Source of the DNA: an uncultured Candidatus Cloacimonadota bacterium
GTDB lineage: Bacteria > Cloacimonadota > Cloacimonadia > Cloacimonadales > JAJBBL01
Assembly (NCBI GenBank): GCA_964464175.1
Contig: CAYXFD010000004.1
Span: forward strand, 73,892 to 137,891
Reading direction: 5' to 3'
DNA: 64,000 nt
Below, one piece after another: positions 38,812 to 49,900 of this stretch. Position 1 is the first letter of the stretch; each line of letters starts with the position of its first letter. Position numbers and translations under genes: made by a program. A model generated the notes under the pieces. That model was not told the DNA's origin. It saw nothing but the letters and a program-made list of their open reading frames with translations, and ran no database searches.

Positions 38812-39723
38812 GTGACTTCAGTTAAGAATAAAAGAGACACCGGTCTCATTTTTAAAGCGAAGAAAAAGTTCGGACAAAATTTTTTGATCGATAAGAACAT
38901 AGCCGCTAAAATCGTAGCAGCAGCAGATTTAAGGAAAAATGATGAAGTGTGGGAGATTGGTTCAGGTAAAGGAATTCTGACGGAAAAACTTCTGAAAACC
39001 GGGTGCCGGCTGACCTGTTTTGAGATCGACAGAGATTTGATCAGTTTGTTGGAGGATAAGTTTTCCGGAGAGATACAGCTTATCCCTCATGATGTATTCA
39101 AAGCAGACTGGGAAAAGCTCTTCGAAGCTATTGAAAAAAGAAGCGGAAGAAAGCCCCGAATAACTATTGTAGCCAACATACCCTATAATATAACTTCTCC
39201 CTTGATCTACAGATTAACTGCAAAATCGGAGTTTTTCAAAGCTATTGTCTTGATGATACAGAAAGAGGTAGCCGAGAGAATCATTGCTTCTCCCGGGAAC
39301 AAGGATTACGGATTGCTGAGCCTGAGAGTTCAATATCATTTCAATGTTAAAAGGCTGTTCAATGTTCCGCCACATCTTTTCAGACCACAACCGGAGGTTA
39401 TTTCCTCGGTAATCAAAATGATTCCCCGAAAGCAGAAAATCATTCTATCCGACCCCAACCTTTTCTGGCGGATTGTTGAGGCAGCGTTCCATCACCGGCG
39501 GAAAACTTTAAAAAACAACCTCCGCTCAATTCTTTCTCAGCAAGAATTACAGGTATTGACAGAATTGATGGAGAAAAGAAACTCAATCAATGAATCAATA
39601 TCCCAAGATGCCGGAATTGAAAGAATAAAGTTTAATTTAACAAATCGAGGAGAGACTTTGGATGAAAAAGACTATCTTGATCTTTATCATCTTATTAGGA
39701 ATATCCGTAAGCTTAATCAGTGA
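38812..39723 (+). CDS. rsmA: 16S rRNA (adenine1518/1519-N6)-dimethyltransferase
   Basis: GTG start. KKKFGQNFLIDKNI, EIGSGKGILT, VANIPYNITSP, AFHHRRKTL. Confidence 0.9.
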   Translation: MTSVKNKRDTGLIFKAKKKFGQNFLIDKNIAAKIVAAADLRKNDEVWEIGSGKGILTEKLLKTGCRLTCFEIDRDLISLLEDKFSGEIQLIPHDVFKADWEKLFEAIEKRSGRKPRITIVANIPYNITSPLIYRLTAKSEFFKAIVLMIQKEVAERIIASPGNKDYGLLSLRVQYHFNVKRLFNVPPHLFRPQPEVISSVIKMIPRKQKIILSDPNLFWRIVEAAFHHRRKTLKNNLRSILSQQELQVLTELMEKRNSINESISQDAGIERIKFNLTNRGETLDEKDYLDLYHLIRNIRKLNQ

Positions 39724-41413
39724 AACAGCTCTGATTGAAAGCGAATACCAGAGTTCATACGGAAATGTTCTCTTTCTCAATAACTACCGTTATCATCAGA
39801 GTATATCACCAAAATGGTCATTCATTCATACCGGTAATCTGATTCAATCGAGAAACAAAAGATTTAACCGCTATAGCAGAAACACCGATTTGGGTTGGTA
39901 TATCAGCAGAGATGAGCACCCCGTAAGCTATAAGCTCCATCTTGATTATATAGCTGCCTTAGATAAGGCAGAACCTGATTCTGAGATGTATGAGATAGAT
40001 AAAGTCAGAAGACAGATGGGCCTGGAACTTCTGATCAATCCTTTAGACAGTCTTGCAGTCCATTCAGGTTTTACTTATATTCGATCCGGAGAGAGCAACA
40101 GCAGGTATCTCGATAAAACAGTCAGCAGCAACGGCTACCAAAGTAACAACATTATCCACTATATCCAATCTTTTAATTCAGCAAATCTGATGATTAATTC
40201 ATATTTCAATATTTTACGCCTTGACTATGATTATTTAAGAAGTTATGGTGGAATTACTAAATTTGATATTGTTGATCCGGTAATCAACACGGAATTCTCA
40301 TATCACCAGGATTTGAGTAAAATTTATCTCCTTAATGATCAGGTTGACACTCATATTCGTTCACTTTATCGAGCCTCGATTCTTCATAAGAACAGATTAT
40401 CAGATGATCTTGCTTTCCGTATTGGAAATATTTACCAAGCTCGTGATAATCGTCTGCGGGAATCTCAAGACCGTAATTATCTGGAAACTGATAATCTTCT
40501 ATTTACAAGCGCTATTTTGTTTTGGGAACCTTTCAGAATGTCGATTGACGGAGAATACAGGCTTTTTTCCCGTTCCTTCAAAGAAGAGACCAGCAGTAGA
40601 AAACAAGAGCAAAGAGGCATCAAAGGCAGCGTGAGTTACATCTTCTCGGAAAGGGATTCTCTGAGCTACAGTCATAGCGTTAATCTTACCCGTACTGATT
40701 ATACCTTGAAAACTAATATTCTCGATAATGACCAAAGATATGAGGAACAACAAATAAGCCTCTATCTATATTTCAGAGACGGTTTGAGACTTATTAATCA
40801 TTTCAGTTTTATGAGCAGAGAAGAGGTCTATCTGAAGTCAGATATGTCGGCAAATAACAAAAACACCCGCATCTATAATCTGCTCCCGGCATTAAACATA
40901 GCTTTAAGCAGAAATCTGCTCTTTACTCAGGAATATCATCTAAGGGCTGATTATGATGATTTCATCTATGATGACACTATCAGAGACAGAATGTACAGAA
41001 GGTTTTCCGCTGCTTACTCCCTCTTGAGCGGTCTGCCCTGGAAATCAGGACACTACCGCTATACACCGGAAAGAGAGAGCTTCTACAGTTCTTTTGATTT
41101 TCTTCTGGGAGTTAGCTATAAATACGATACAAATAGTAGTGGAAACCGAGCCGGGGATGCTTATGAGATCTTTGCTGAAAATGAATACCATACCTTACAG
41201 TTCGAGCTTTTCCGCAGGGTCTATGCTCTGGAGTTGGGAATGAGGCCGAGATTCATCTGGTCCAACATCCGTTATGAGTTCAGTCATAATTTCGATATTT
41301 CTTATTATTTCCCAAACCGAAGTAATTATGTCAGTTTTAACATTAATAGTTCAGGAAGCAACAAGGAGGATTTGCTCTGGAGAATTAAGGCATTAGTTAA
41401 CATTTATTTTTAA
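39662..41413 (+). CDS. Hypothetical outer-membrane beta-barrel protein
   Basis: Signal peptide MKKTILIFIILLGISVSLIS with GAGGAG 9 nt upstream. Alternating hydrophobic/aromatic-rich strands and a terminal ...LVNIYF. Its start overlaps the rsmA 3' end by 62 nt. Confidence 0.6.
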   Translation: MKKTILIFIILLGISVSLISETALIESEYQSSYGNVLFLNNYRYHQSISPKWSFIHTGNLIQSRNKRFNRYSRNTDLGWYISRDEHPVSYKLHLDYIAALDKAEPDSEMYEIDKVRRQMGLELLINPLDSLAVHSGFTYIRSGESNSRYLDKTVSSNGYQSNNIIHYIQSFNSANLMINSYFNILRLDYDYLRSYGGITKFDIVDPVINTEFSYHQDLSKIYLLNDQVDTHIRSLYRASILHKNRLSDDLAFRIGNIYQARDNRLRESQDRNYLETDNLLFTSAILFWEPFRMSIDGEYRLFSRSFKEETSSRKQEQRGIKGSVSYIFSERDSLSYSHSVNLTRTDYTLKTNILDNDQRYEEQQISLYLYFRDGLRLINHFSFMSREEVYLKSDMSANNKNTRIYNLLPALNIALSRNLLFTQEYHLRADYDDFIYDDTIRDRMYRRFSAAYSLLSGLPWKSGHYRYTPERESFYSSFDFLLGVSYKYDTNSSGNRAGDAYEIFAENEYHTLQFELFRRVYALELGMRPRFIWSNIRYEFSHNFDISYYFPNRSNYVSFNINSSGSNKEDLLWRIKALVNIYF

Positions 41414-41604
41414 TATTGACATTCAGTGCTGTTTTTGGCAATATGCTCATCGCAACTTGAGAAATCATTTGTCATATTGTATTAATAATTATACCAATTA
41501 CTTCAGGCAGCGTGTTATTTTATGTGGATTAATTATTGTTAATAGTAGGCAGCGATTGACCGGTGTGACATTTTGTTGCAATAATATTGGATAAGTTAAA
41601 ATAA

Positions 41605-42588
41605 TTAGATACTGCCTGAAAATTCCATTATGAGTAAACCCGATTCCCCATTCGCGATTAAGATGTAGCGCCCGTAAAGAAGAATCCCCGACATCTCCGC
41701 AGAAACAGGGCTGTGGTAGGCAACTTCATAAGGTTGCAGAGAGTTAGCTATTCTGACAACGGATAATCCGCTTCTTCCCAAAGCAAGATAGGCAAATTCG
41801 CCTCTAACCTCAATAGCTCGAGCACTTGCCGGTAGTAGTAGAGAGCTTAGTTCCCGGGGATCATCTGGCTGACTGATATCATATATCTTCAATCCACCTT
41901 CAAAAGCAACATAAGCTAAATGATTAACGACATCAATATCATAGACATTAGGGAGATCTTCAAAACTTATTTCCAAGGGGTTATAAGAATTTTCTATATC
42001 AATGACAGAAAATCCATAGCGACAGGAGGCATACAAATACGGCCACCGAAGAGTAACATTATTAACGTTTTGTCCGCCGACAAATATGCGGCTAACTTCA
42101 AAAATGTTAAAATGACTACTTATATCAAGAATTCTTATGCCACCTGTATTATCAGCCAAATAGACAAAATTACCAGCATAATCGAGACCGAATGAGCTGT
42201 CATCTGTAGAAAAGTGCCCGCTGATCTCCGGCCCGAAAGGACTATTTACGTCAATGATCTTAAAACCGGCTTCTCCGGCGGCAACATATATATAGTCTCC
42301 TCCGGCAAATTTGAGATCGTAGTAAGTTCCGTTATCTTCGAAATATGACATTTCCTGAGGGAAATGTGGTGAGGAGATATCAATAATCCGTAATCCTCCG
42401 AGACCATCAGCTAAATAGACGGTGTTATCTGTTGCGGCAAGAGAATAAGCAAATCCCTGAGAATTGAGCTCACCAATGTGATAAAGGTAAGGGGTATTGA
42501 CACCAGTACCGGTAGTATCACTCAGATTACAACCGGTAAAAAACAGAAAGGTACTGCTCAGTACTGATAATAATAACTTACATTTCAT
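41605..42588 (-). CDS. LVIVD-repeat beta-propeller lipoprotein
   Basis: Lipobox LFFTGC. At least 7 repeats of the type GGLRIIDIS, GFKIIDVN, GGIRILDIS, GFSVIDIEN, GGLKIYDISQP, SGLSVVRIAN, SGLLIMEF. Confidence 0.8.
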   Translation of the reverse strand: MKCKLLLSVLSSTFLFFTGCNLSDTTGTGVNTPYLYHIGELNSQGFAYSLAATDNTVYLADGLGGLRIIDISSPHFPQEMSYFEDNGTYYDLKFAGGDYIYVAAGEAGFKIIDVNSPFGPEISGHFSTDDSSFGLDYAGNFVYLADNTGGIRILDISSHFNIFEVSRIFVGGQNVNNVTLRWPYLYASCRYGFSVIDIENSYNPLEISFEDLPNVYDIDVVNHLAYVAFEGGLKIYDISQPDDPRELSSLLLPASARAIEVRGEFAYLALGRSGLSVVRIANSLQPYEVAYHSPVSAEMSGILLYGRYILIANGESGLLIMEFSGSI

Positions 42589-42910
42589 TCCTGCTCCAAA
42601 GATTATGTGGTTTTGCTATCTTGCCTCTTTTTTCTACCTGTTGGAGTGACAGCTTCACTTCTCTTATCATTAACTGAAATGTTGACTGATTGTGTCAATA
42701 ATTTGTTTGCAAGATCTTTATCCAATGAGCACAAGCAAAATCAAAGCAATTCCTTGTCTCTACAGCAGCAATTTAAATCTGGAGAAGATATGGAAAAAAA
42801 ACTAACTATCCTGAGAAGCGGTTCAGAAATTCTTTTAACTTAGCATGATTGCCTTTTGTTCCCGGCAGATTTGTCTGTAATCCGGAATATTCAGAGAGAT
42901 ATCAGTAGTT

Positions 42911-42966
42911 TACCCCTGCTCTAAGTCGTAGTCAGTATAAGCCGACTACGACTTAGAGCAGGGGTA
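42911..42966. repeat. 56-nt palindromic element, copy B (perfect 23-bp stem)
   Basis: TACCCCTGCTCTAAGTCGTAGTC-AGTATAAGCC-GACTACGACTTAGAGCAGGGGTA. Same length and core (CTAAGTCGTAGT / CCGACTACGACT) as copy A at 13331-13386. Confidence 0.75.
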
Positions 42967-43279
42967 AACCTCAGGTATTAGTGTGAGTCAAAAGTAATGA
43001 GATGATCGATGTACAGAGTATTTTTAGCTTTTTGATTAGAGTTTGAACATACATAATGTCCGATATTAGCATTAGAGGGCAAGGAAATTTAAATTTGCAG
43101 CAAGAGAACCTAAAACAGATTTTTGTGACGTAAAAATGTTTTTGAGATCTTGAAGGAAAAGGATGATGCTCTGTTATGAATATCAATTGCTAAAGGTAGA
43201 ACTTACACGGCGACTTTGATTGAAAAGAAGAGGCAGATTTAGGAGGAGAATAACGAGCAGTTATTTACGGGAGTATAGC

Positions 43280-43307
43280 TTGACATTTTAATGCTTAAAA
43301 ATATAGT
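43280..43307 (+). promoter_or_regulatory. Near-consensus sigma70-type promoter (TTGACA-16 nt-TATAGT) ~690 nt upstream of the giant ORF
   Basis: TTGACA at 43280-43285 and TATAGT at 43302-43307, spacer 16 nt. No plausible ORF between it and 43820. Confidence 0.4.
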
Positions 43308-43749
43308 ACAATTTTGCAGTAATGACAATGTAGTGATGGTAATTGTGAGGTTTTGTAAAAGAAATGATTTAGCGGGAGGAAGAGTGGAGGCTGTAGTTTA
43401 GTTATCTAAAGGGATAGATATTGTTAACTGTTATTGGATAATCCGGCGGGATATCTTCCTACAATGGGGGACTATGCATAATCGGAAGAGAGAGAGCACC
43501 GATAAGTCCGAGACTTGATTTGTTAAGAAATTTCTAACAAAAGTTGTTATAATTGTTGGTATTAAGGTTTGTCATATTATTAAAGGTTACTCAACGGCCG
43601 GAATTTGCACTAAAGCCGATTAAATAGAGGAAAAATGGGTTAAGTCTATGTTTAGCTGGTTGGTTTTCGATGACTGCTGGAGAATAAGTTGCGGGTAAAT
43701 ACCGAGCATAAGGGAAAAAAAAATGTAAAAAGCCTTGACAAAATTCCGA

Positions 43750-43777
43750 ATGACAAGAGAAGTTGTTGCAGTATAAA
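43750..43777 (+). promoter_or_regulatory. Second candidate promoter (ATGACA-16 nt-TATAAA), preceded by TTGACA and an A9 tract
   Basis: ATGACA at 43750-43755 and TATAAA at 43772-43777. A9 at 43715-43723. A TTGACA at 43735-43740 is 31 nt from the -10, which is too far. Confidence 0.3.
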
Positions 43778-43819
43778 TTCATTGTGAGGTGGCATGATTT
43801 TTAAGTTTAAGGAGAAACT

Positions 43820-43936
43820 ATGGGAATGGTAATAAGAGTGAGGTTTGAATGTGATATGGATTTTTTTGTGGCTACTGTTTTTTGGGGCTTTAATAGGGCT
43901 TTCATAACGGCTATGATAATAAATAATAGGAAGTGA
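43820..43936 (+). CDS. Candidate 38-codon upstream small ORF (hydrophobic peptide), below the ORF-track size cutoff
   Basis: AAGGAG at 43809-43814, 5-nt spacer, ATG 43820. Encodes MGMVIRVRFECDMDFFVATVFWGFNRAFITAMIINNRK and ends TGA 43934-43936, 56 nt before the giant ORF start. Confidence 0.25.
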   Translation: MGMVIRVRFECDMDFFVATVFWGFNRAFITAMIINNRK

Positions 43937-43992
43937 CAATCATGAAAAAAATAATAGGTAGATTAAATTTTTGCTCAAATGAGGAGGTTAAC

Positions 43993-46900
43993 ATGAGAGT
44001 AAAGCCATCTGGAACGCTGCGATTAGTTGCGTTTTTAGTTCTATTTGCAATGTTGTTCGGATTTTCAGCATCCGAATTGTATGCTCAATCAAGAGCTTTT
44101 GATGAAACGCATATTGCGGTATCAATAACAGATCCCGCTACTGATGCACGAGTAATCATTGGTTCGACAGTCCGGGTAGAGTTAACAGACCCGTCGATTG
44201 GAGATCCTACGGAAGTGGCTTCTGCTTCGGTCGACTATAGTTTGTTCGGAGTAGCAGACGAAGTCGATATGGACTGGGATGATGATATTTCCCGCTGGGT
44301 AGCAGAGTACATCGTCGTTGAAGGAACCTTGAATGATGAAAATGCTCATGTAGAAGTACATGCAGCGTATGTCGGTGGTGGCGGACAATGGACGGTTGAT
44401 GATGCCGTATTTGTAGTGAATAATATTGCTGCTGATGTCAATGGCTTAACTTTAGATATTGAAGTTGAGGATGCAGATGATGACGGCAAGGCAATTTTGG
44501 GTTCTACAATCATTGTTAAATTCGAGTTAAGTGATGTTGATGAAGCAACAGCTGACTTTTCCGACTTTGGTGGCGGGGCTGCTGTACCTTTTGTTGAAGA
44601 CGCCGGGGAATGGACAGCCCAATACCTTGTACAGGTTGGAGATGAGGAAGGAACGGGAGTTGTTGAGGTATCGGTGTTTGTGGATGGAAATCCCAATCCG
44701 GGTATCGTCGATAGCGATCCGATTGCTTACAACAACAAATTTCAAGCGGAAATTGAACTTATTGGGTATGATGATCCGGAAGTGCCGAACGACTTGGAAA
44801 CCGGTGCTGCCAATCTGGTTTACAGCATTACATACTTACCCGGAGCGGGTGTTGCCTGGAATGATGCAGACTTGCAGATTGGCTACATGGATGATGATGG
44901 GATAACCTTTGTTCCGATCGCAACGGTCGGGATAAGCGGTCCTTTTGTAGAAGGTGTTGATGAATACAGATGGAACCTGGCAATTCCTCACAATTTACCC
45001 CATGCCAGAGTAATTGTCTGGGTAGAATTGTTTGATGCCTTCGATAATGGAGCAGAGCACTATTCATATTTCAATATTACCCCGCTTCCCGAGATAACGA
45101 TCACAGATATAGACAATTTTGCTGATCCTATCCGGGTTGATGATAACGGATTTTTCTGGGTTCCCGCAGAAGGGAATGGGGTTCAGGTAACCTTTGACGT
45201 TTCCAATATACAGAGATTTGATGAAGACGAAGGTTTGATTGTTACGCTGAGTAATGAAGATGCCGATTTCGAAGTAGAGAAAGAGATTGTCATTGATCCT
45301 CTGGTTGCAACCTATACAGCAGAGTTTGCTTATGACGATATTTTTGACACAACAAGATCTGCAGCTACTCCGGGAACTCTTGACGGTAAGACAATTACTG
45401 TAGAGGTCAGCGGACAGGTAAAGGGATTTACGGCAGTAGATGATGACAGTGATTTGATCGAAGAGATTATTGATGAGACGACTTTCACAGTTGATCAGCA
45501 ACCGGTTATTACAGATGTTGTTTTCCTTAAGCCACACACAGATGGACTTACTGTTTTTAACAGTATCTGGCTTCAGGATCATCCTTATGCAGAGAATCGC
45601 AGAGTTGTTGTAACGGTTGAATCACCAAACGATGTAACTGTTCCGACGATATCTACGGTAGATTACATAGGTACTGACTTCAACTACAATCATATTGAAA
45701 CCGATGAGTACTTTGATGATGAGGATAATCGTTTTCAGGTCTTTACTTACCGGCTTCAATTTTTAGGATTAGAATTTGAAGAGGAAGAAGATATTTATGC
45801 CGTAATCGGTTTTGAATTCAGTACGGAGACAGTTTCAGGTTATCCCGGAGAGGATTACCTGCACGAGATAGTAGTTGTAGAGGTTCCTGACAGAGCAGTA
45901 GTAACCGGCTATTCTCCGGATGATGATACCAGAGATGATGAAGACACTTGGTTTTCTCCTCGACATCGACTTGATGTTGTCTATAATTTCAAGTCAATAG
46001 TAAATCCTTATACGAATAATGGACAACGACCACCAGCATTAGCTGATTTTGAAGAGATTGTCGATGATATCGTATTGAATTGGCGATTTGCTTTGCCTAT
46101 TGGTGAAGGATCAACCCAGGATATCATTGAAACAATAACACTTCAGCAGGGAACAGAAGAAGTTGACTATCCATTATATCAATATGCTGCCAGATGGGAA
46201 CAGTATCCAAATGTTCCGTTTATCTGGCACCATTATGATGATGGTGAGGATGTTACCCTGAGATTCATCGTTGATCTTTTATACAATCCCAACAATGCTG
46301 TTCCCACTGAGCGAACCATATACGTGGATAAGCAGGTACCGGTCTATGATGAAGATCTGCTTTATATCGCTGTTATGAGCGGGGAGCCTGTAGATGGTGA
46401 TTTCCAGCTTATTGATGATGGGTTTGACCCGAATAAGATTATTACTTTAGCTCTGACACCGGACGGAGAATGGCCGGCTGATGATGTCACCGGTGATCCG
46501 TATAAAATATATCTGAAATATAGGGCTAAAGATGATTTCTTACCACTCAATAACGGTTCTGGTGTCGCTGATATCGAAGCGCCATCAGTTCCTGCCGGAT
46601 GGTCTGTGAGCGAATTTATTCCAGCTGACTTGCGCGATCCCTTCCTGGAAAAAATATTTGCCCTGACTCCAGCAAATCCGGAAAACATTAATGAAGAGTA
46701 TGATTTCTCTGTCACCTTAGGTACGGTCATTGACAATGTCGGACATTACAACTATGGTGGTGAGATAAATCATTATGATCCAAACTGGCAGGGTTCAGGT
46801 CCTGAACTTAACTTCACCTTCACTTCAGATTATTTATACGAACTGGAATTTGCCAGAGCGTATAAGATTGATGAGCTTATCCATCCTGATGATAGATGGT

Positions 46901-49900
46901 TATGGGATTATTCAGCACCTTATGTTAAAACCGAGGCAAATATCGGTTTCCAGATGAAACTGGAAACTCCTGATGTCGGGCGCGGGGTAGATGTTGATGA
47001 GATTAACATTACCAGCATCGAGCTTAACACCTACTGGGTAACCAACACAACCGGAACGGATACCGTTTGGGTCGAGCTTGCCTATGACGCAGTCTCTGAT
47101 GTATGGTATCTTGATCAACCTGTCCAGGTAAGTGAGAATTACGGGCACGGTGATACGATTAAATTCCAATACAGAATAAACTATGAGATTACATACATAG
47201 GAAGCCCGGAAACTACAACTGCTTATAAACTATCATCTGTTATTGACGGTTTAGCTATAGTAGATGACCAAAGAGCTGGTCTCACTTCTGTTGAGATCTG
47301 GAGTGAATCTCTCGGCTACGGTCAGGAAGGTTACGTAGTTCCTGGTGATCAAGAAGGCATTTTACAGATAGAATTCGTTGATGTCGGTAACTATTTCTAT
47401 GGATTGGACGTAGATCCTGATAATCCGCATCAACCGGCAGTGCCAACTCTTATTGTCAATGATCTTGATAATTTTATAGCAGGAAGATATGACGAAGATT
47501 TAGATGTAGTTGTCCCGATGCCGGCAGCTTATTTTGTCCAAGCTGAAGATTTAGAGTGGACACAAACTGATGGTATTAACGGAATCTGGACAGCAACGAT
47601 TGACAATCTCGTGATCTTTGATCCGGGAACATTTATCGAATATTTTACCTACAATGTTAACGATGTTGTAGGTAATGGTTTCCATAATGGTCAGAGACAT
47701 GTCAGGATTGTTGCTAACGGTCCGATCGTTCCGTTTATTGATGATGCCAAATTGGTAACGGAACTTCAGACAGGTGAACAGGTTGACAATTATCTTGCCA
47801 GAATTTCCGAGATACCATTAGATACAGCTGTTGATCCCTACCAAAGAGTTGAGATTTTCATCGATACTGAATATACAGCTTATATAACTGAAGTCGATGT
47901 CTATCCTGCAGATCCTGAGGTAGAAGGATTAGAATTTGTTTTTGCCGGCTACCGTACTTCGGAATTTGGTGAACCGGGCCAGCATGTTGCTATGTTCTAT
48001 GCTCTTGTTCATGAGAACTTCAACCGTGAGCACGGTGAATTGATCGAATTGGTTGCCGAAACCCAAGGTGAACCTATCGGACAGCCGATATTCGAGATGA
48101 CCCATAACTTTGAGGTTATCTTTGATGATTCGGAAGTTTTGGATTTCACAGCAACAGAGGCTTTTGTTCAAGGTTCCGGTACGGGTTTGGGCGGACAAGA
48201 ATGGATTAATGATGTATTCCATCCGGAAAGAGATATGCGGGTTGTAGCTGTATTTCCTAACCTCGGTGGAATGCTGGTTGATGATGAAGATATCAATATA
48301 GATTTTCTGAACACCGATTTGACAAACTGGTTCGTACTGAATATTGATGAATTCGGTATTGAGAACAGGTTTGCCGATGACATAGAAGTTGTCTGGGTTC
48401 CGGATGAAGATGAAGTCCGAATGAGAGAAGATGAAGAAGAGACCGGAACGTATTATGCAACGGTCGTCTGGAATATCCCAGCTTTCGAAATACCTCTTGC
48501 CGAGGATTTAACGGAAGATTCTTATACATTAGCTATAGACTATAAAAATATCTATAAGCTTCACAAAGATCTGGACATTGAATTCTACAAGGATGTCGAA
48601 GCACCGGAAATAGTAGATTATAAGCTCTACTATCTTGATGCCGATGAAGAATATGTCGAGATCGACGATGCTTACACAGATGGTGTGTTTGCTGCTGATC
48701 AGGATTGGAGCAGAATCAGAGTATTCTTTGCTGATAATCCCGAGAATAATGCCGGCTTACAAGATGTTATGATAGCTTTCGAGGCTTATCCGGAAACTTA
48801 TCAGTACGACGATGAATATCCATTGGCACTGCTTGCTCTGAACAGCATTGAGAAAACGAACTGGGAGATTTTTGCAGACGGTACAGGTTATGTTGATCTG
48901 GAGTTTGTCGAAACTCTCGAGGGAGATCTCTATAGCGGCAGGCATTTAGCTAATGGTTTATATAAAGTCGTTATCAATCATTTGAAGGATAAGTTTGATA
49001 ATGAACCGTTAGATGAATTTGATGAACCAATCGAATTCGTACAGGATTTCTTGTTTAATTATCATCCTGCTGATATGACAATAAATATCGGTGGACAGAC
49101 TTCAGACTTTGCTCTCAACTTATCAGACGGTCCGCTTGATATTATGGCTTATACCGATTCTGAGATGGGAATTGAGGGTATCGAGTTCCGTCTTTATTAT
49201 GATGATAATAATCTGGGAGAAGATGGTTTTGATCCGACTAATACGAACCTTAACCATCACTTAACTGGTACTCCTGATTTCACCTTCCCCTATACCGCAA
49301 TCTGGAATATGGACGACGAAGCTTTCTACGCCTTCCTTGATGATTTTGCGTATAGAGTATATGATGATGATGGTGGCTATGAGTTATTACCATACAGAGG
49401 CTTCTATCTCAGAGCAAGTGCGATAGTCCAGGGTCGTGATCTTTTTGATGTCATTGAATACATTCAGTTAGTCGATGATGTCGCTCCGGTACCGGCTCCG
49501 CATATGGATGATATTGTGAAGATGATCAATTACATCTATCCGGCTCAGAATGTTCTTAATATACCGGTTGACTTCAATATCATCGATGCTGAAGAGGTAA
49601 AGGTTGAGATCTATAGTAACGGAGAACTGATAGAGACCCTGGTTCAGGATGTAGTTGATCCGCACGGAACAACCAACCTGGAATGGGATTTTGACGGCAG
49701 ATTACCAGGCACTTATACAACAGCAGTTTATGGAAAAGACATTAGCGAAAACTGGTCGAATGCTGTTGCCGGTCCGATGATCTATTTGGAAAATGCTGTA
49801 ATGAAAGCAGTTGTTGAGACGAATGTCTATCGCTTCAGAGATACTCCGCATGAAGAATTGCCTCTCAGTGGAGATCCCTATCTGACACTCGGCCCGAACT

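Noticed and set aside
43933-43992. Upstream alternative starts for the giant ORF (GTG 43933, ATG 43942).
   Set aside because: ATG 43993 is preceded by GAGGAGG at the ideal distance and begins a canonical signal peptide. The upstream 20 codons (MTIMKKIIGRLNFCSNEEVN) have no SD and would bury the signal peptide.
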